DNA of 64,000 nt from Amoebophrya sp. A120 (lineage: Eukaryota > Protista > Dinoflagellata): the NCBI GenBank assembly GCA_905178155.1, contig CAJINV010000002.1, positions 5,079,709-5,143,708 of the forward strand. The letters are read 5' to 3'. Position 1 is the first letter of the stretch. Each line of letters begins with the position of its first letter. Made by a program: the position numbers and the translations under genes. This document shows positions 13,392 through 25,229 of this stretch, piece by piece. The notes beneath the pieces are model-generated. The model ran no database searches and had not been told where the DNA came from. It was given only the letters and a program-made list of their open reading frames with translations.

Positions 13392-16300
13392 ATGTCGGTC
13401 GTTTCTCCGACGTTCCTCAGGTCCTCGTCGAGCTCCGCGGTCCGCATGCTGGTCGGGACCCGGTGCAGCATTTCGTCTCGTCGACCCGGCACAAATAAGA
13501 ACTACAGTGCGACGACGAAATTTTTCTTCCCCTCGAAGAACAGCCCGCCCCGAAGCTCCTGCAGCCACAACGACCGACGTTTATTTTCCAGCGCTCTGAA
13601 CCCGATGCCGGCAAGTGGCGAAGGACCACACGACAGCAAGCACGAAACTAGTAGTACTTCCGGGCGGTTGCAAACCGCTTCTGTATCGCTGTCCTCGCCG
13701 CTGCACCTGCCGCTTTCGGCCGTGGACTCAGAAGTACACGCAATCATCGAGATATGCAAGAGAAAACTGTGTAAAAACTGCAACTTCGTGTTGCGTACGC
13801 ATGTAAAATTAGAAAATACAGTTATCACTACTTTATGTCATTCTGCTGGAAGATCCAGATGCAGCCTAGGCTAGCCTCATACGTACCCGTGCTTTGACGG
13901 ACTACCCGCGCATGACCTCATGCCAGACAGATTTGCTATGCTGTGTCCACCACCTCAAAAGTAAAACGAAAAAGAGTTGTTGTACTACCACAGTTTTTTT
14001 CTTGGATGCGAGAAGGAGAAGCAACGGCAGAAATTTTCTATCAACCTGATTGCCAGCGAAAACTACACCAGTCAGGCGGTGTTGGACGCCTTGGGCTCGG
14101 TCATGCAGAACAAGTACTCCGAGGGGTATCCCGCAGCGCGGTACTACGGTGGAAACGAATTTATCGACGAGGCGGAACTGCTGTGCCAGAAACGCGCCCT
14201 GGAAGCGTTTGACCTCGATCCGGCCGAGTGGGGCGTGAATGTGCAGGTTTTTTCCGGGTCGCCCGCGAACTTTGCGGTTTTCTTATTACAATGAAAAATG
14301 CCTCCACCCCCGAACTTGGGAGCATTTGTATTGCAAACCTTTCCAAGTGAAACACTCCCCCTCTTGCATCTATCAGCATCACAGGTTTTCAATCGTTAAT
14401 AGCAAAAATTTGTATTGCAAAAGACCCCAACAAGAGCGGTCATGCAAGCGATGCGATACACGCCTACATTCTACATCAGAAAGATTCATACTCCGTTCAT
14501 GCATGACAAAATCTTTTCATTTGGAAACTTCGCATCACAAATTTTTGCAATTTAGGGGTGGGGGGCACTTTTCACTGTAATACTTCTCCGCACTGGTCGA
14601 GCCACATGGCCGCATCATGGGGTTGGACCTACCGCTATCCTGTGTAAAAACGTCCCCACCTCCTCTCCGGTAGACTTGTCATGCAATAGATACAACTCGA
14701 TGCGTCACGTAAAATCGTTCTTGTGCGCAGCTCCATCGGAAGCATTTTCAATTTATCGGTGTTTTGGAATTTTTCATGCTACAACCAAGGAGGTTGATCA
14801 ATTTGTAATGCAGCTGCACTTTCTAAGTAAACACTGTCAGGCGCAACTACACGCAAAGCTTGCCGGTTTGTGTAGCAAAGTGCCCATCTTGACTCTGCGG
14901 CGGGGACGTTTTTGCTTAGCATAACCGCACGGAGGCCACTTAAGCCACGGGTTCCAGACGCCACAGAAAAAGATCTCGTTTGTGTCCAAGTTTTGGGAAA
15001 CCATGCCGTACCGACTGGACGAAAAGACCGGCCTAATCGACTACGATCAACTGGAGTTGTTCGCAAAAAGGTAAATTTGTTTTAGAAGCGAGTCGAGTGT
15101 TATTACTTCTAGCATTTCAAAATATTCGCATGACGAGAAAAAGAGAAGCAGATGACAATCAAAGGGGACCATGCTAGTACTACCCTTCTTGAGAACTGCA
15201 TCCTTTCTCAACAATTTGTGCACATTATCAAGAAAGGCAAACGTTGCAACCACTATAGGTTTCGTCCGAAGCTCATCATCGCGGGTTGTACGGCATACTC
15301 GCGAATCGTGGATGTGCCGCGCTTTATCGTGCGGAAAACTTCTACGTGTTTCACTGTGACGCTTTCGGAAATGACAAGCTTGGTGTTGCGCTTGCATGAC
15401 AACGAAAATTCATCACGTGGGGTACTGGATTTATTTTAGGGGACGAAAGTAGTACTGCTAATGCTAAATGTAAAGATGCTCCTTCGTGTATTTCCAGCTA
15501 AGCAAGCACTTCCTTCCTGCAATCTTTGCAACAGTCAGAGAAACCGTTTTTCCCCGCGATAATCTTTCGGCAAATTTGCGACGAGACGGATTCCATCCTG
15601 CACTATGACATGGCGCACATTTCCGGCCTGGTCGCGGCCGGGGTCGTGCCGAGCCCGTTCAAGCAGGGCGCGGACGTGGTGACCAGCACGACACACAAAT
15701 CCCTACGTGGGCCCAGGGGCAGCTTGATTTTCTACCGGAAGGGCTTGAAGAAATCCGCCGCGCCGGCGAAGGGAAAGAAGGGCGGGGCGCCGAAGGAGGA
15801 AGTGTACGACTTGGAGAAGAAAATCAACGAGGCCGTGTTCCCGGGCTTGCAAGGCGGACCCCACAACCACTCGATCACGGCGCTGGCTGTGGCGCTAAAG
15901 TTATCGTAAGGAAAAATCCCCCCTCCCCATATCGAGAACGTATCCGTCTGAAAATTTGTGATGCGCATTTGTGACCTCAAATCCTGTCTGTCTTGCAAGA
16001 AGGCATGTCCAGAAAGCGTTCCGCATTTTGCAGGCGGTTTGTGATGCTGTTGGGCTAAGAGCATACGCGTTCGTCATGCTAGGCGCCTACGTCAAAACCT
16101 CTCGACTGAGGCTTGGCATATGCCTGCAGTCCTCTACTGCGCGACGCATCTGATTTGTGTATGGAAATCCAGCATCAGAGTCTTCGTTTCGATATGGGGA
16201 GGGGGGATCTTTCCTTTTGATAAAAGTTGGCGAAAACCCCGGAATTCCGGGACTACCAGCAGCAAATCTTGAAGAATTGCGCAGGTACAAGCGTGGATAA

Positions 16301-17507
16301 TGAAGTTATAGTTCGACCGCTCAACATCACTACTTTTGAAGACGTGGTAAAGGGATGAAAGAAACTGTTGTAGTGCGCGCTTTCTCTCTCCCCTACTGTG
16401 CCACTCGTGCCGAACCCACTCACCTGGCAACCCAGTATGTCTGTACATGATATCTTCATCTCTGCATGTATAAAAATCTCGCGAAGAATGTTGACGGGCA
16501 GGCGCAGTCACGTTGGTTTAACAAGATACGAAAAATAACGCAAAAATCAAAATTACACCACAGCATTCTCGTCCGCGCTCCAGTCACTGGGGTACGACCT
16601 AGTCAGCAACGGGACCGACAATCACATATCAAATGTAAAAATGTCTGGGTCTGAAAGATTGCTACATTTGTCATGCATGTCTGGCATGGCTCAAGAATCT
16701 GTGATGCATGGGCACAAAGCTGTCCTCTTACCTGTCATGCCAAAACGCAGTTTGCCATGCGGAACACGCAACACATAGGAGCCCAAAAATTTGTCATGCT
16801 TGGCTCCGTATTGCAGTGGAACTCCCATTCACTTTTAGCATTACAAATTTCCAGACCCAGGCATTTTTACATTTGATATCACATGATTCTGATCGATGTG
16901 AAGAAGTCCAGGAACGTGTCCGGGGCAAAAGCAGAAAGGATATGCGAGCTCGCGAACATCGTGCTCAACAAAAATACCGTCCCGCACGTATGACCTGCTC
17001 AAACGTTACAATTATCTCAAACGTTACAATAGAGTCTGGAATTTGTATTGCGTGACGAGCATGACAGACCCGCAGAGAGTTCCACTTCCTGCAATACAAA
17101 TTTCGCCAGATGATCCTAGTCCGGTTTGGGACTCAAGAACTTGTCATGCGCAATGCGGTGGGGAGTGTGAACTACATCATGCACTTTTTGCGTCACAGAT
17201 CTCCATGTTCTATTCGTAACGTTTGAGATTGTAAGGCCTGAGCAGGTTATAGCACGACACCAGCGCGATGAATCCCTCGGGGCTGCGGGTCGGCACTCCG
17301 GCGATGACCACCCGAGGCTTGAAGGAGACCGATTTTGAACAGGTGGCGGTTTTTCTCGACCAGGCCCTGAAGCTGGCCCAGAGTGTGCAGAAGGAAATCA
17401 ACTCAAATAAGCTCGTTGATTTTACCAATTTTCTGGAGGAGAAACAACCCGCGGAGCTGCTGCTGCTGAAGAAGGAAGTCACCGAGTTCTGTGCCCGGTT
17501 CCCGTAG
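13392..17507 (+). CDS. SHMT: Serine hydroxymethyltransferase, probably organellar (Ser/Arg-rich leader), 10 exons
   Basis: [58 protein letters not shown] (PLP lysine), [30 protein letters not shown]; 7 introners plus GT-AG introns 15071-15258 and 16285-16563. Confidence 0.97.
13753..14008. mobile_element. Introner, family D
   Basis: TIR tatgcaagagaaaactgtg / cacagtttttttcttggatg; perfect DR cgaga; splice gives AIIEKEKQRQ. Confidence 0.88.
14284..14582. mobile_element. Introner, family F
   Basis: TIR tattacaatgaaaaatgcctccacccc / ggggtggggggcacttttcactgtaata; DR tttct/cttct; splice gives [12 protein letters not shown]. Confidence 0.9.
14636..14923. mobile_element. Introner, family C-like
   Basis: TIR tatcctgtgtaaaaacgtcccc / ggggacgtttttgcttagcata; perfect DR accgc; splice restores [13 protein letters not shown]. 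Confidence 0.92.
15325..15561. mobile_element. Older introner
   Basis: TIR tatcgtgcggaaaa / ttttccccgcgata; DR cgctt/atctt; splice gives VPRFRQICDE. Confidence 0.8.
15902..16222. mobile_element. Introner, family B (321 bp), reverse orientation relative to 4870-5197
   Basis: Family B TIRs; perfect DR aaagt; splice gives [12 protein letters not shown]. Confidence 0.92.
16627..16878. mobile_element. Introner, family A
   Basis: Family A TIRs; perfect DR tcaca; splice restores GTDNHMILID. Confidence 0.93.
16989..17251. mobile_element. Introner, distinct family
   Basis: TIR tatgacctgctca / tgagcaggttata; perfect DR gcacg; splice restores [16 protein letters not shown]. Confidence 0.9.
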
Positions 17508-19005
17508 GTGAAGTAAATCAAGAGTGGCTTGCTTTTAAGTGGAGAAATCGAAGGTGAGCGACATGGTAGCCTGACGCTTTCCTGCTCTCAGGAGAACAAG
17601 GAGAGCCGAAGGGAACGCAGATGCCGGGTCTTCAACTACGAGACAGATGTGAACAAGAAGACCACACGAGTAGTGACAACTTGAAGTTCCATTTGAAATA
17701 CCATAATTTGCTATGTTCTGGCTTTTTTTGGAAACAACAAAGAAACTTCTTTTCGAAGGTTTTTGTGTAATCAAAAATGTACCCCGGCGTGGCGCTAGCT
17801 TTTCATTGCTTTTATTGATGTACCGGGAAAAATGAGGATAAACCAAGCTTGCGTTGAGTTTTACGCCCCTGCTGTGTCGGAGTGAGATGCTACTTTTTCT
17901 GCTGTATGATCATGTAGACCACGTCGCGGCAGTGCTAGTGCTTTTTACAGTTTAATACAACCACCTATCAACTTGGGCGGCCTAGTGTTATTTGTACTTA
18001 GTGCTGCACCCGTCGTCATCTCGTTCTTGCCGCGCACTGCACAGTTGTGACGGCGCCTCGCGCACTGTAACCTCGCGGGGTCCACCCAACTTTCGTTAGG
18101 TTTTTTCGGCATATGAGGAACCAGCTGGTTCCACTGGGGGCCGACCAGTTTGCGACGGAGAAGACTGAGTTGGAACCCAACCCACCTCCGCGAAAGGACA
18201 AAAGAACAACGACGGTTGTAGCTTTTTCGCAAAGGAATCATAAATGACGACAAGAAATAACATCCATGCGATAGTTGTTTTCATCACTACAACTCGTACG
18301 ACTGACTACCTGCCGCACGGTTGTTGACGGAGAAAAACACGATGACCACGAAGATGAACAAGAACACAAAATTCAGATGGGATCCGACAGGTGTAGTACA
18401 GCAACATGCTGCTTGGAAGAATGATTTGCAGACCACAGACTACGCTCCTACTCTGCTCTCAAAAACGGTATGAGGTTCTGCCGTGGAAAAAACAAAAAGT
18501 AGAATGACGATGTGAAAGTAGATCTATCGTCCCGAAGATGATCGTTCCGTTGAGTGCCGCTGGAGCGTGTAAAAGATCCGCTTTTTTTTTGTGATCGACG
18601 TGGTCCGACCGGTCCACTTGTCGCCGATGAACTTACTTCAGGCAAAAGGAGCACAACAAAATCGAGCTTTGGAAGCCTTAGCCTGTGTTTCTGTCAGTTC
18701 TTTTGCTTTTCGAAGGTGTTTGTTTATCGTAAGAATGGCGCACATAGGTTTCCTTCTTTACAAATACACTTTCTCAGTCGCGTCTATACTCGGGCGGTAC
18801 AGCAACATTTTTGGCCCCTGGATAAGAAAGTAAGTAGAGGGACTCTTCATTCTTGTTAATTCACCACGCATTCTTTTTCTTATCGAGTAGGAAGGATTGC
18901 GATCGCAACAACCCTCGTAGCTAGCATGATGGCCGCCCTGTGGTCTTCACTTTTGATATGAGTGTACTAGTAGCAAAAATCTTTACAACGATCGTTAGAT
19001 AAACC

Positions 19006-22000
19006 ATGCAAACCTCCGGCGGATCCTCTTCCTCGTCGTCACGGCCCAGTAGCGGGAAAAGAGAGCGGCCAGCGCCTCCACCACCGGCCAGCAGTATGCT
19101 GCCTCCAAGGAACCCGCCCGCGAAGAAGGAGAAAAAGCGGACAAAAGGCCTTGCACAGGACCAAAACGAAGATATTCACAAGGCCGGAAACGATTCTTCT
19201 GGTGGCGGGGAGCAAGATCAAGAACATCTTCCAGCTGCTAGTGCTGACAGGGGTTTGGTAAGAACCCGAGCGCAGGAGCTGGATGAACAACGCGGTGGGA
19301 CGACGAAGAAAGCGAAAGCTAGTATATTTCCCGGTCGTACCACCTCCACTTCCGAACGGGGCCGGGAAAAACGAGAAAAGAAAAAGCAAAAAGAAGCTGG
19401 AACAAAGAAGATAAACCTGGCCGTAGAACAGGGAGATCATGACCCACCAGGTCGTGCTGGAACGAGTGATATTGAGCAACATCAGGAGGGCAACGACGTG
19501 GAAATGGAGATAGCAGACGCGGTGGACCGCGACGGGAGCGAGGCAAGCGACATGGAGGAGGAAGACCAAGCCGCGGCTTTGACAGTCTGGAACGACATCG
19601 CGAACAACTTCGTGCCGTGCTCCCCTGCCAGCGCGGGAACAACCGCGGGTATTTTTACTGCTGGCCGCGAAGGGGCCGCGCGGGTCGCGAAGACGAAGCA
19701 GGCGGGGAAAAGGAAGAGTTCTAGCTTGTCCACGAGAACCTCTTTGGGCGATAAAACCGACGGGAACAAAATTAAAAACCGGTTCCCCCCGCTCGTGTCC
19801 GAGGAGGACCAGGACCTGTTTGGCGGGCCACCTTTCGATGACCTTCTTTCATCAAGGAGGGAACTTCTACTCCCAGCACACGGCTCGTCTTCTTCTGTTT
19901 TGACGGATGATCTTCTTGATCCGAGTACTAGAACCGCTGCTACGACTACGGATAGCGTTCTTGCTGAAAGAGCACATCAACGCGAGCTAGAGCAAGAGGA
20001 CGCCGCCTTAGTGTCCAACATTTCAGTCCTCGCCTTTCCCGGGTTCGTTCAGAACCACAACAAGGCATTGGAGCTCCTGGGCGGCATCGGCCCCGTCCAC
20101 ACTGCGATCGTGAGTCCGTCGCTGAACGAAAGCGCAAACCTGTATTGCCGACTGGGCGACCATATGAACTGCAAAAATGTCTGGGTCTGGAAAATTGCAA
20201 CTTGTCATGCTGTTTTTGGACTCTAAAAAAATTTGTATTGCATGACCAGCAAGAGGCGTTCAGTTTTTGCTCCGCGCAGAGGGCATTTGTCATGCGGGAT
20301 AGGCATCAAGATTCCCGCAAAAAATCTGTCATGCTAGGTCATGCATTACAGGCATCATAGCCCATGCGAAATATGCATGACAAACCCGGAAATCCTCCAG
20401 ACCCAGACATATTTGCATTTGATAGACCAGAACCGGTACATGCAGCCCATCGGGCCTGCGAAGAAGAAAAGCGTCAACCACATCCTCACGGCTCGCAACA
20501 AGAAGACCGGGACGCTGCGTTTCCTCGGACACTGCCTCTACCAGTTCGACTTCGACACCCTCGCCGATTTTCACTACTGCCCGCCCAAAGGCCTAGACTA
20601 CGGCAAGATTGTTCTGGATCTGGCCCGGAGCAACAACAGCAGCCCTACTTCTTCCAGCATGTTGGCCGGGCACCACCAAGCTGCGCATCATGGGGGTGGG
20701 GGAACGACCAACATCGACGCGATTCTGAACATGGGCATTACTTCTACAGCTCCAACTAGTACCTCCGGCGGGGAACGATTGCTGATGGGCGCTTCTTCAG
20801 GGGGGCAGGGGGAAGCGAAGATGACGACGAAAAAGAGCAGTGCTACAATTTCTACGAAAAGAGCGTCTTCGAAACAAAACTATAAGGAGATCCAGCAGTT
20901 GCTAGACCACACGGATAATGCGCTGTACTACCTGCCGCCGCCCTGTTTCACGAAAACCTCTTATCCCCTGGACTACAACTTCGAAGAAAATCCACACGCT
21001 CAGGAGACGGACGACATCCAGGTAAAACGGTCCTGGATCCCATTGCAGCGGCTCAAGTGCGACACGGTAGAGATCCCGCAGACGGCTCCTGAGGGCGCGG
21101 ACGTGGAGGCGTACTTCCACCGCGTAGAGATGACCAACGCAGTGAAGGAGAAGGAATTGCTGGAGCAGTTGATGCTTCTCTTCGAGGAGCGGCCCATCTG
21201 GATTCGCGCGGCCTTGCTGTCCCGAATCGAAGACAAGTCCCTCCACGTCACGTGGTGGCTGCAGCGGGCGCTGCAGGCGATCTCCTACATCTGGGAAAAC
21301 GGTCCCTACCGCGGCTCCCACTGCAAGCTGGGGTACGATCCCCGGTTGTCCTACAAAGATGCCATTTACCAAGTCATCGACTTTCGCGACGAACTGCTCA
21401 AGGGGCCACAGATCTTTTCCGTCCAAAAGCAGGCAGCCGCGGCGAACGAGGGTGGAGCGACACAGGCGCAGCCGCAAAACAGCAGCGGGATGGCGAACAG
21501 CGGTCAACATCATGCCGGGAACAGCAATCAGGCGAGTGGTTCTTTTCCGTACTACGCCCCAGCGAGCAATCGGCCCTCTTTGCTGGACGTGCATTTCCGC
21601 GTGCCTCCGACCAACCGTTCGCAGTTGTACCAAATTTGCGACCTGGAGGACGAGCCCATCCAAAAAATCGTGGAGAAGCGGATTAGATGGCTGGAAAAAC
21701 ATGTCGTGGTAAAAAGCACGATTGAAGTAGGTTCACTATCTAGACAGAAAACTACTAGCAATATTGTCCACTAGATCTATTTATCATTGGGATTGGGATT
21801 TGTAGAAAGAACAAATAAAATGTTGAGAGCAGCACAAAAAAAGCGCAATCTTTCGACGTGCAGGCCTGGCCATTCTACCTGAGCATGTCGCTCTGGGTTG
21901 TAAGTAAGTTCTTCCGTGGGCTGCTTAAGAAATTATTTTGTCGCGCTATAATTTGACGTAAATGTGGCAATGTTTGCTAGTCTTTTTCTTCCTGATTCTC

Positions 22001-22307
22001 AGCAGCCGGCGGAGAAACTGAAGAAGTCGACACAGAAGTGCGCAAGAACAATGCTGGCGAGGAGATGAAAACTGAGCCAGCAAATAAACTTCGAGAAGAC
22101 CACCATGCTGCTGCTCCAGGTGACGAAGACAAGGGAGTGGCCGGGGAAGGGGAGGTAGTTGCTGCCGCGTTCCAACTGGACCGCGCGGACCACTACGGTT
22201 GGCTCGGGGAGGCGTGTTTGCGCAAGATTCGGGACCGGATGCAAGTGAAGAGCGCCCTGCTCCGGGAAAGTGGAACCACGAAGAAAATGCTGCAGTTGCA
22301 GTTGTAA
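19006..22307 (+). CDS. GTF3C5: RNA polymerase III transcription factor IIIC subunit Tau95/GTF3C5-like
   Basis: FPGFVQNHNKALELLGG, FDTLADFHY, LFEERPIW, GPYR...GYDPR...YQVIDFR, YQICDL and final GW...KIRDRM fit the Tau95 family; long disordered N-terminus; last introns not precisely resolved. Confidence 0.85.
20163..20424. mobile_element. Introner, family A (262 bp)
   Basis: Family A TIRs; perfect DR gacca; splice gives RLGDQNRYMQPI. Confidence 0.93.
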
Positions 22308-22993
22308 GTCGCAGCACCGGAGCGGGGCGGGGTTGTATACTCGAGGCTGTACACCTTGGAGGAAGTACGTAGACTCAAGATGATCATCGAACTCGGAAAG
22401 AGGCACGAATCACACAGGTGTGTTTCTGCAGCCCCACAGTATTAACGAGGTAGCTTCAACTTGCGCAACATACAAGAACTGGTAGCGACAGTGACCACAC
22501 ATTAATTGGCACTTCACATTCAAAAGTAAGATTAACCAAGCACTACATAGTAACTGGCACTTGCGACAGAAGAGCAGGCGTTCACACGGTCAATTGGCTT
22601 CTCTCCGCGCGACGACCGTCCGAGAGTTGTGAAAATGCGGCTGCGTAGAAGAGTTTTTTGTTCTGGAAAAAGATCAATGTTCGGCGGAGGTGGTGCACTG
22701 CAGTCCGTACGACAAGAAGTAGTCCATGGTAAGGAGTTAGTATCTGCTCCGACAAGAAGTTTAGGCTTGTCATAAGAAAAGACCGATAGGCATACATGGG
22801 ACGCCCGACTCCGATAATGAAAATAATGTAAACAGGACGAGTTTACAGCTGCTGATGCGGTATGCGGTGTGCTGTTATAGAAGTCCATTTCTGGTCCAAA
22901 GATTCTTTGATCTTCCCGATTCGAAGCGTGTCATACATAGTTACTCTCTCGACGGCGCAGTGCTTCTTTCGTTGCAATTGCTATGAAAAAACC

Positions 22994-24104
22994 ATGAGCG
23001 CCCCGGTTCCAGGTGTAGCACCCGGCGCCACTTCTGGTCCCGCCGCGGTGTCGCGGATGTCGGACCGGATTTTCCAGCCACGGAATCTGGACGTCTTGCC
23101 CGCGAAACGGGAGGGACTTGCGAACCTGGTGCAATCTACTTCAGGACCACATCAACAGGCTTCATCGTCAACCTCCGACAACGCCGTGTTTCAGTGCTTC
23201 CTGGGTCAGGACCTGCGCATCAACCTGAACAGCGGACTACTGCCGACCGACATCGGAACGCGCGACGAAGTGATCGAGTTTGTTGATACTGGTCGTAAAG
23301 GAAATGCTGGAGCGGTAGTTCTACCTGGTGGAGATGTTTATCCCACAGAAGAAAAGTTCTACCAGGTCACGTTTGTCAAATGGAAAACAAAGCACAATCG
23401 TCACATAGTCTTGCATGGCATAAAGACCATGCTATGCTGGGCCTACTTACCCATGACAGACTTCTTTAGCTTGCATTTTTACTGGTAGCTTTGTTCTGTG
23501 GAATAGATTACCAACCGGTTCTTCTTGCAAAAAAGTGTTGTTGCAAGTACTGGACTCGCTGGTCATCTCCGAACCCGTTGTGAATGCCGCCAATAACCTC
23601 TCCAGCCACAACGACAAGACACAACCGAGAAGACGGCCGCCCCGGAAGCGCACGCGGAAGTTTGTTTGTTCGGACGGCAAGACGACCTGTTTCTGCCTGG
23701 AAAAAACCCACCTGCCGGACGAACTGAGCTTTCCGGGGACCAAGTTTCTGTTGCAGAAGCAAGTGCGCGTGAAGCGGGGCTATTTGGTGCTGAAGCAAGA
23801 GAACGTTTGCGTCGTCGCAGTGCCGGATATTGGAAAGCAGGACCACAGTGACGACAACGATTCCGATGGCGGTCGCGGTTTCGGCGGAGATGACAGCGGA
23901 AACGAGGACGACGAAAACAAAGCGAATCCCTTTCTGAAAAAGCACAACGCGAAACGGAAAAAACAGAATATCACGTTTCAGAACGCGGCTAGTAGTAGCA
24001 GCAGCAGCAATTATGCAGCGGGCGCGGTTGGGTTTACCGGATCGAAGAAAAAGCCAGGAGGAGGTGGGCCGGCAGGCGGAAGGGGTGGAAAGAAGAAGAA
24101 ATGA
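22994..24104 (+). CDS. RMI1/TDRD3-type N-terminal OB-fold protein
   Basis: VFQCFLGQDLR...LLP, then LLQVLDSLVIS...RKFVCSDGKTTCFCLE...PGTKFLL...VRVKRGYLVLKQENVCVV resembles the RMI1_N OB-fold pattern; one short introner-like intron near 23360-23487. Confidence 0.7.
23360..23487. mobile_element. Short decayed introner
   Basis: taccag / ctggta ends, internal gcatggca and ccatgaca motifs; removal +5 nt gives EKFVLWNRLPTG in frame with the next exon. Confidence 0.6.
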
Positions 24105-25229
24105 CACTAGCTGATTGATAATCACTGTCACTCACGTGGAAAAGGATGCAGCTTAGATTCGTCTCTTCACTTGACCTGAAAATAAAAGAGAAGTAAATGA
24201 AATATCGTAGTCTGAACCCCATTCATCTGCCTTTGATATTGATTGCGCTACAGTTTATTGAGGCGGCTCTTCATTACTTAGACGTAGGTAAGTGGACAGC
24301 TTCTTGGCACAGTCTTCAGACACTGCATAACTCCGTCCGGTCGTGGTCCATTGTCGCACTCGTTAGGCAACAAGTTTCACATTGTGCACGCCGAAAAATT
24401 ATGGAAAGATAAATTTGGAAAATCTGGATCTGCTTTAATCACTGAGCTGGCTGTTCCCGCCTGGCGGCCCGTCTTCTGTTCTTCTGTTTTGTGATACGTA
24501 ATTTTACTGAGTGCTTCGAGTCTCCAATTCTATGCAAGCCCGGTGGCGAGAGACAGAGGTGCGTGCTTCGCCCGAGTCACCACAGATTGTGGGCGCGTTG
24601 TGGCAAAGGCAGAGGAGAACTCAAGATTGTTGCTCCTTGCTGGAATGACGATTCTTGGTGTGCGTATGAGTGGCTTAAGGCCGAAGAGTGAAGGACGAAG
24701 TGACGGCTGAGTTGATGTTTTGTCTTTTCAGCATTTCCCGTACCACCACCCTTTGAGCCTGTTTCTGCTTTCCACAGGCTTTCGCAAGGGCGGAACAATG
24801 CTAGACAGCACTGTGTAATTAGAGCACAGGTTTACAACAGCGAGCAGGCGTTTAAGTATCTCGTCAGATTGGTATTGGAAACGAAATGCGGCCAACCCTC
24901 GCCGGGTTCGCGTTGGCTTCTGCAACGCCGGGCGGATATCTCAGGGAAAAAAACTAGCGCGTTATGTTTTCAATGCGCGAATACGTACGCAGTGGGCCGC
25001 TCTTGTTAGAATGCTGACAAGTAGGGTAGTCAAGACCGGTCCATTTGCATGGGTAGAGTTTTTGCATGTCACAACCCTTGACCATGACGCGCTATTTTTT
25101 GTCCGGGATAGCAATATGATGTCTAGAAAAAAAAAATATTATAGAACTTCTAAAAACGCTATAGAGATTCTCACGCATAGACATTCTGACTCTCATAGAT
25201 GTTCTCGCTGCTCTTTGTTGAAAACAATA

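Noticed and set aside
13392-17507. SHMT as a pseudogene disrupted by transposons
   Set aside because: Every insertion excises to an intact frame, catalytic motifs are preserved and exons carry no stops.
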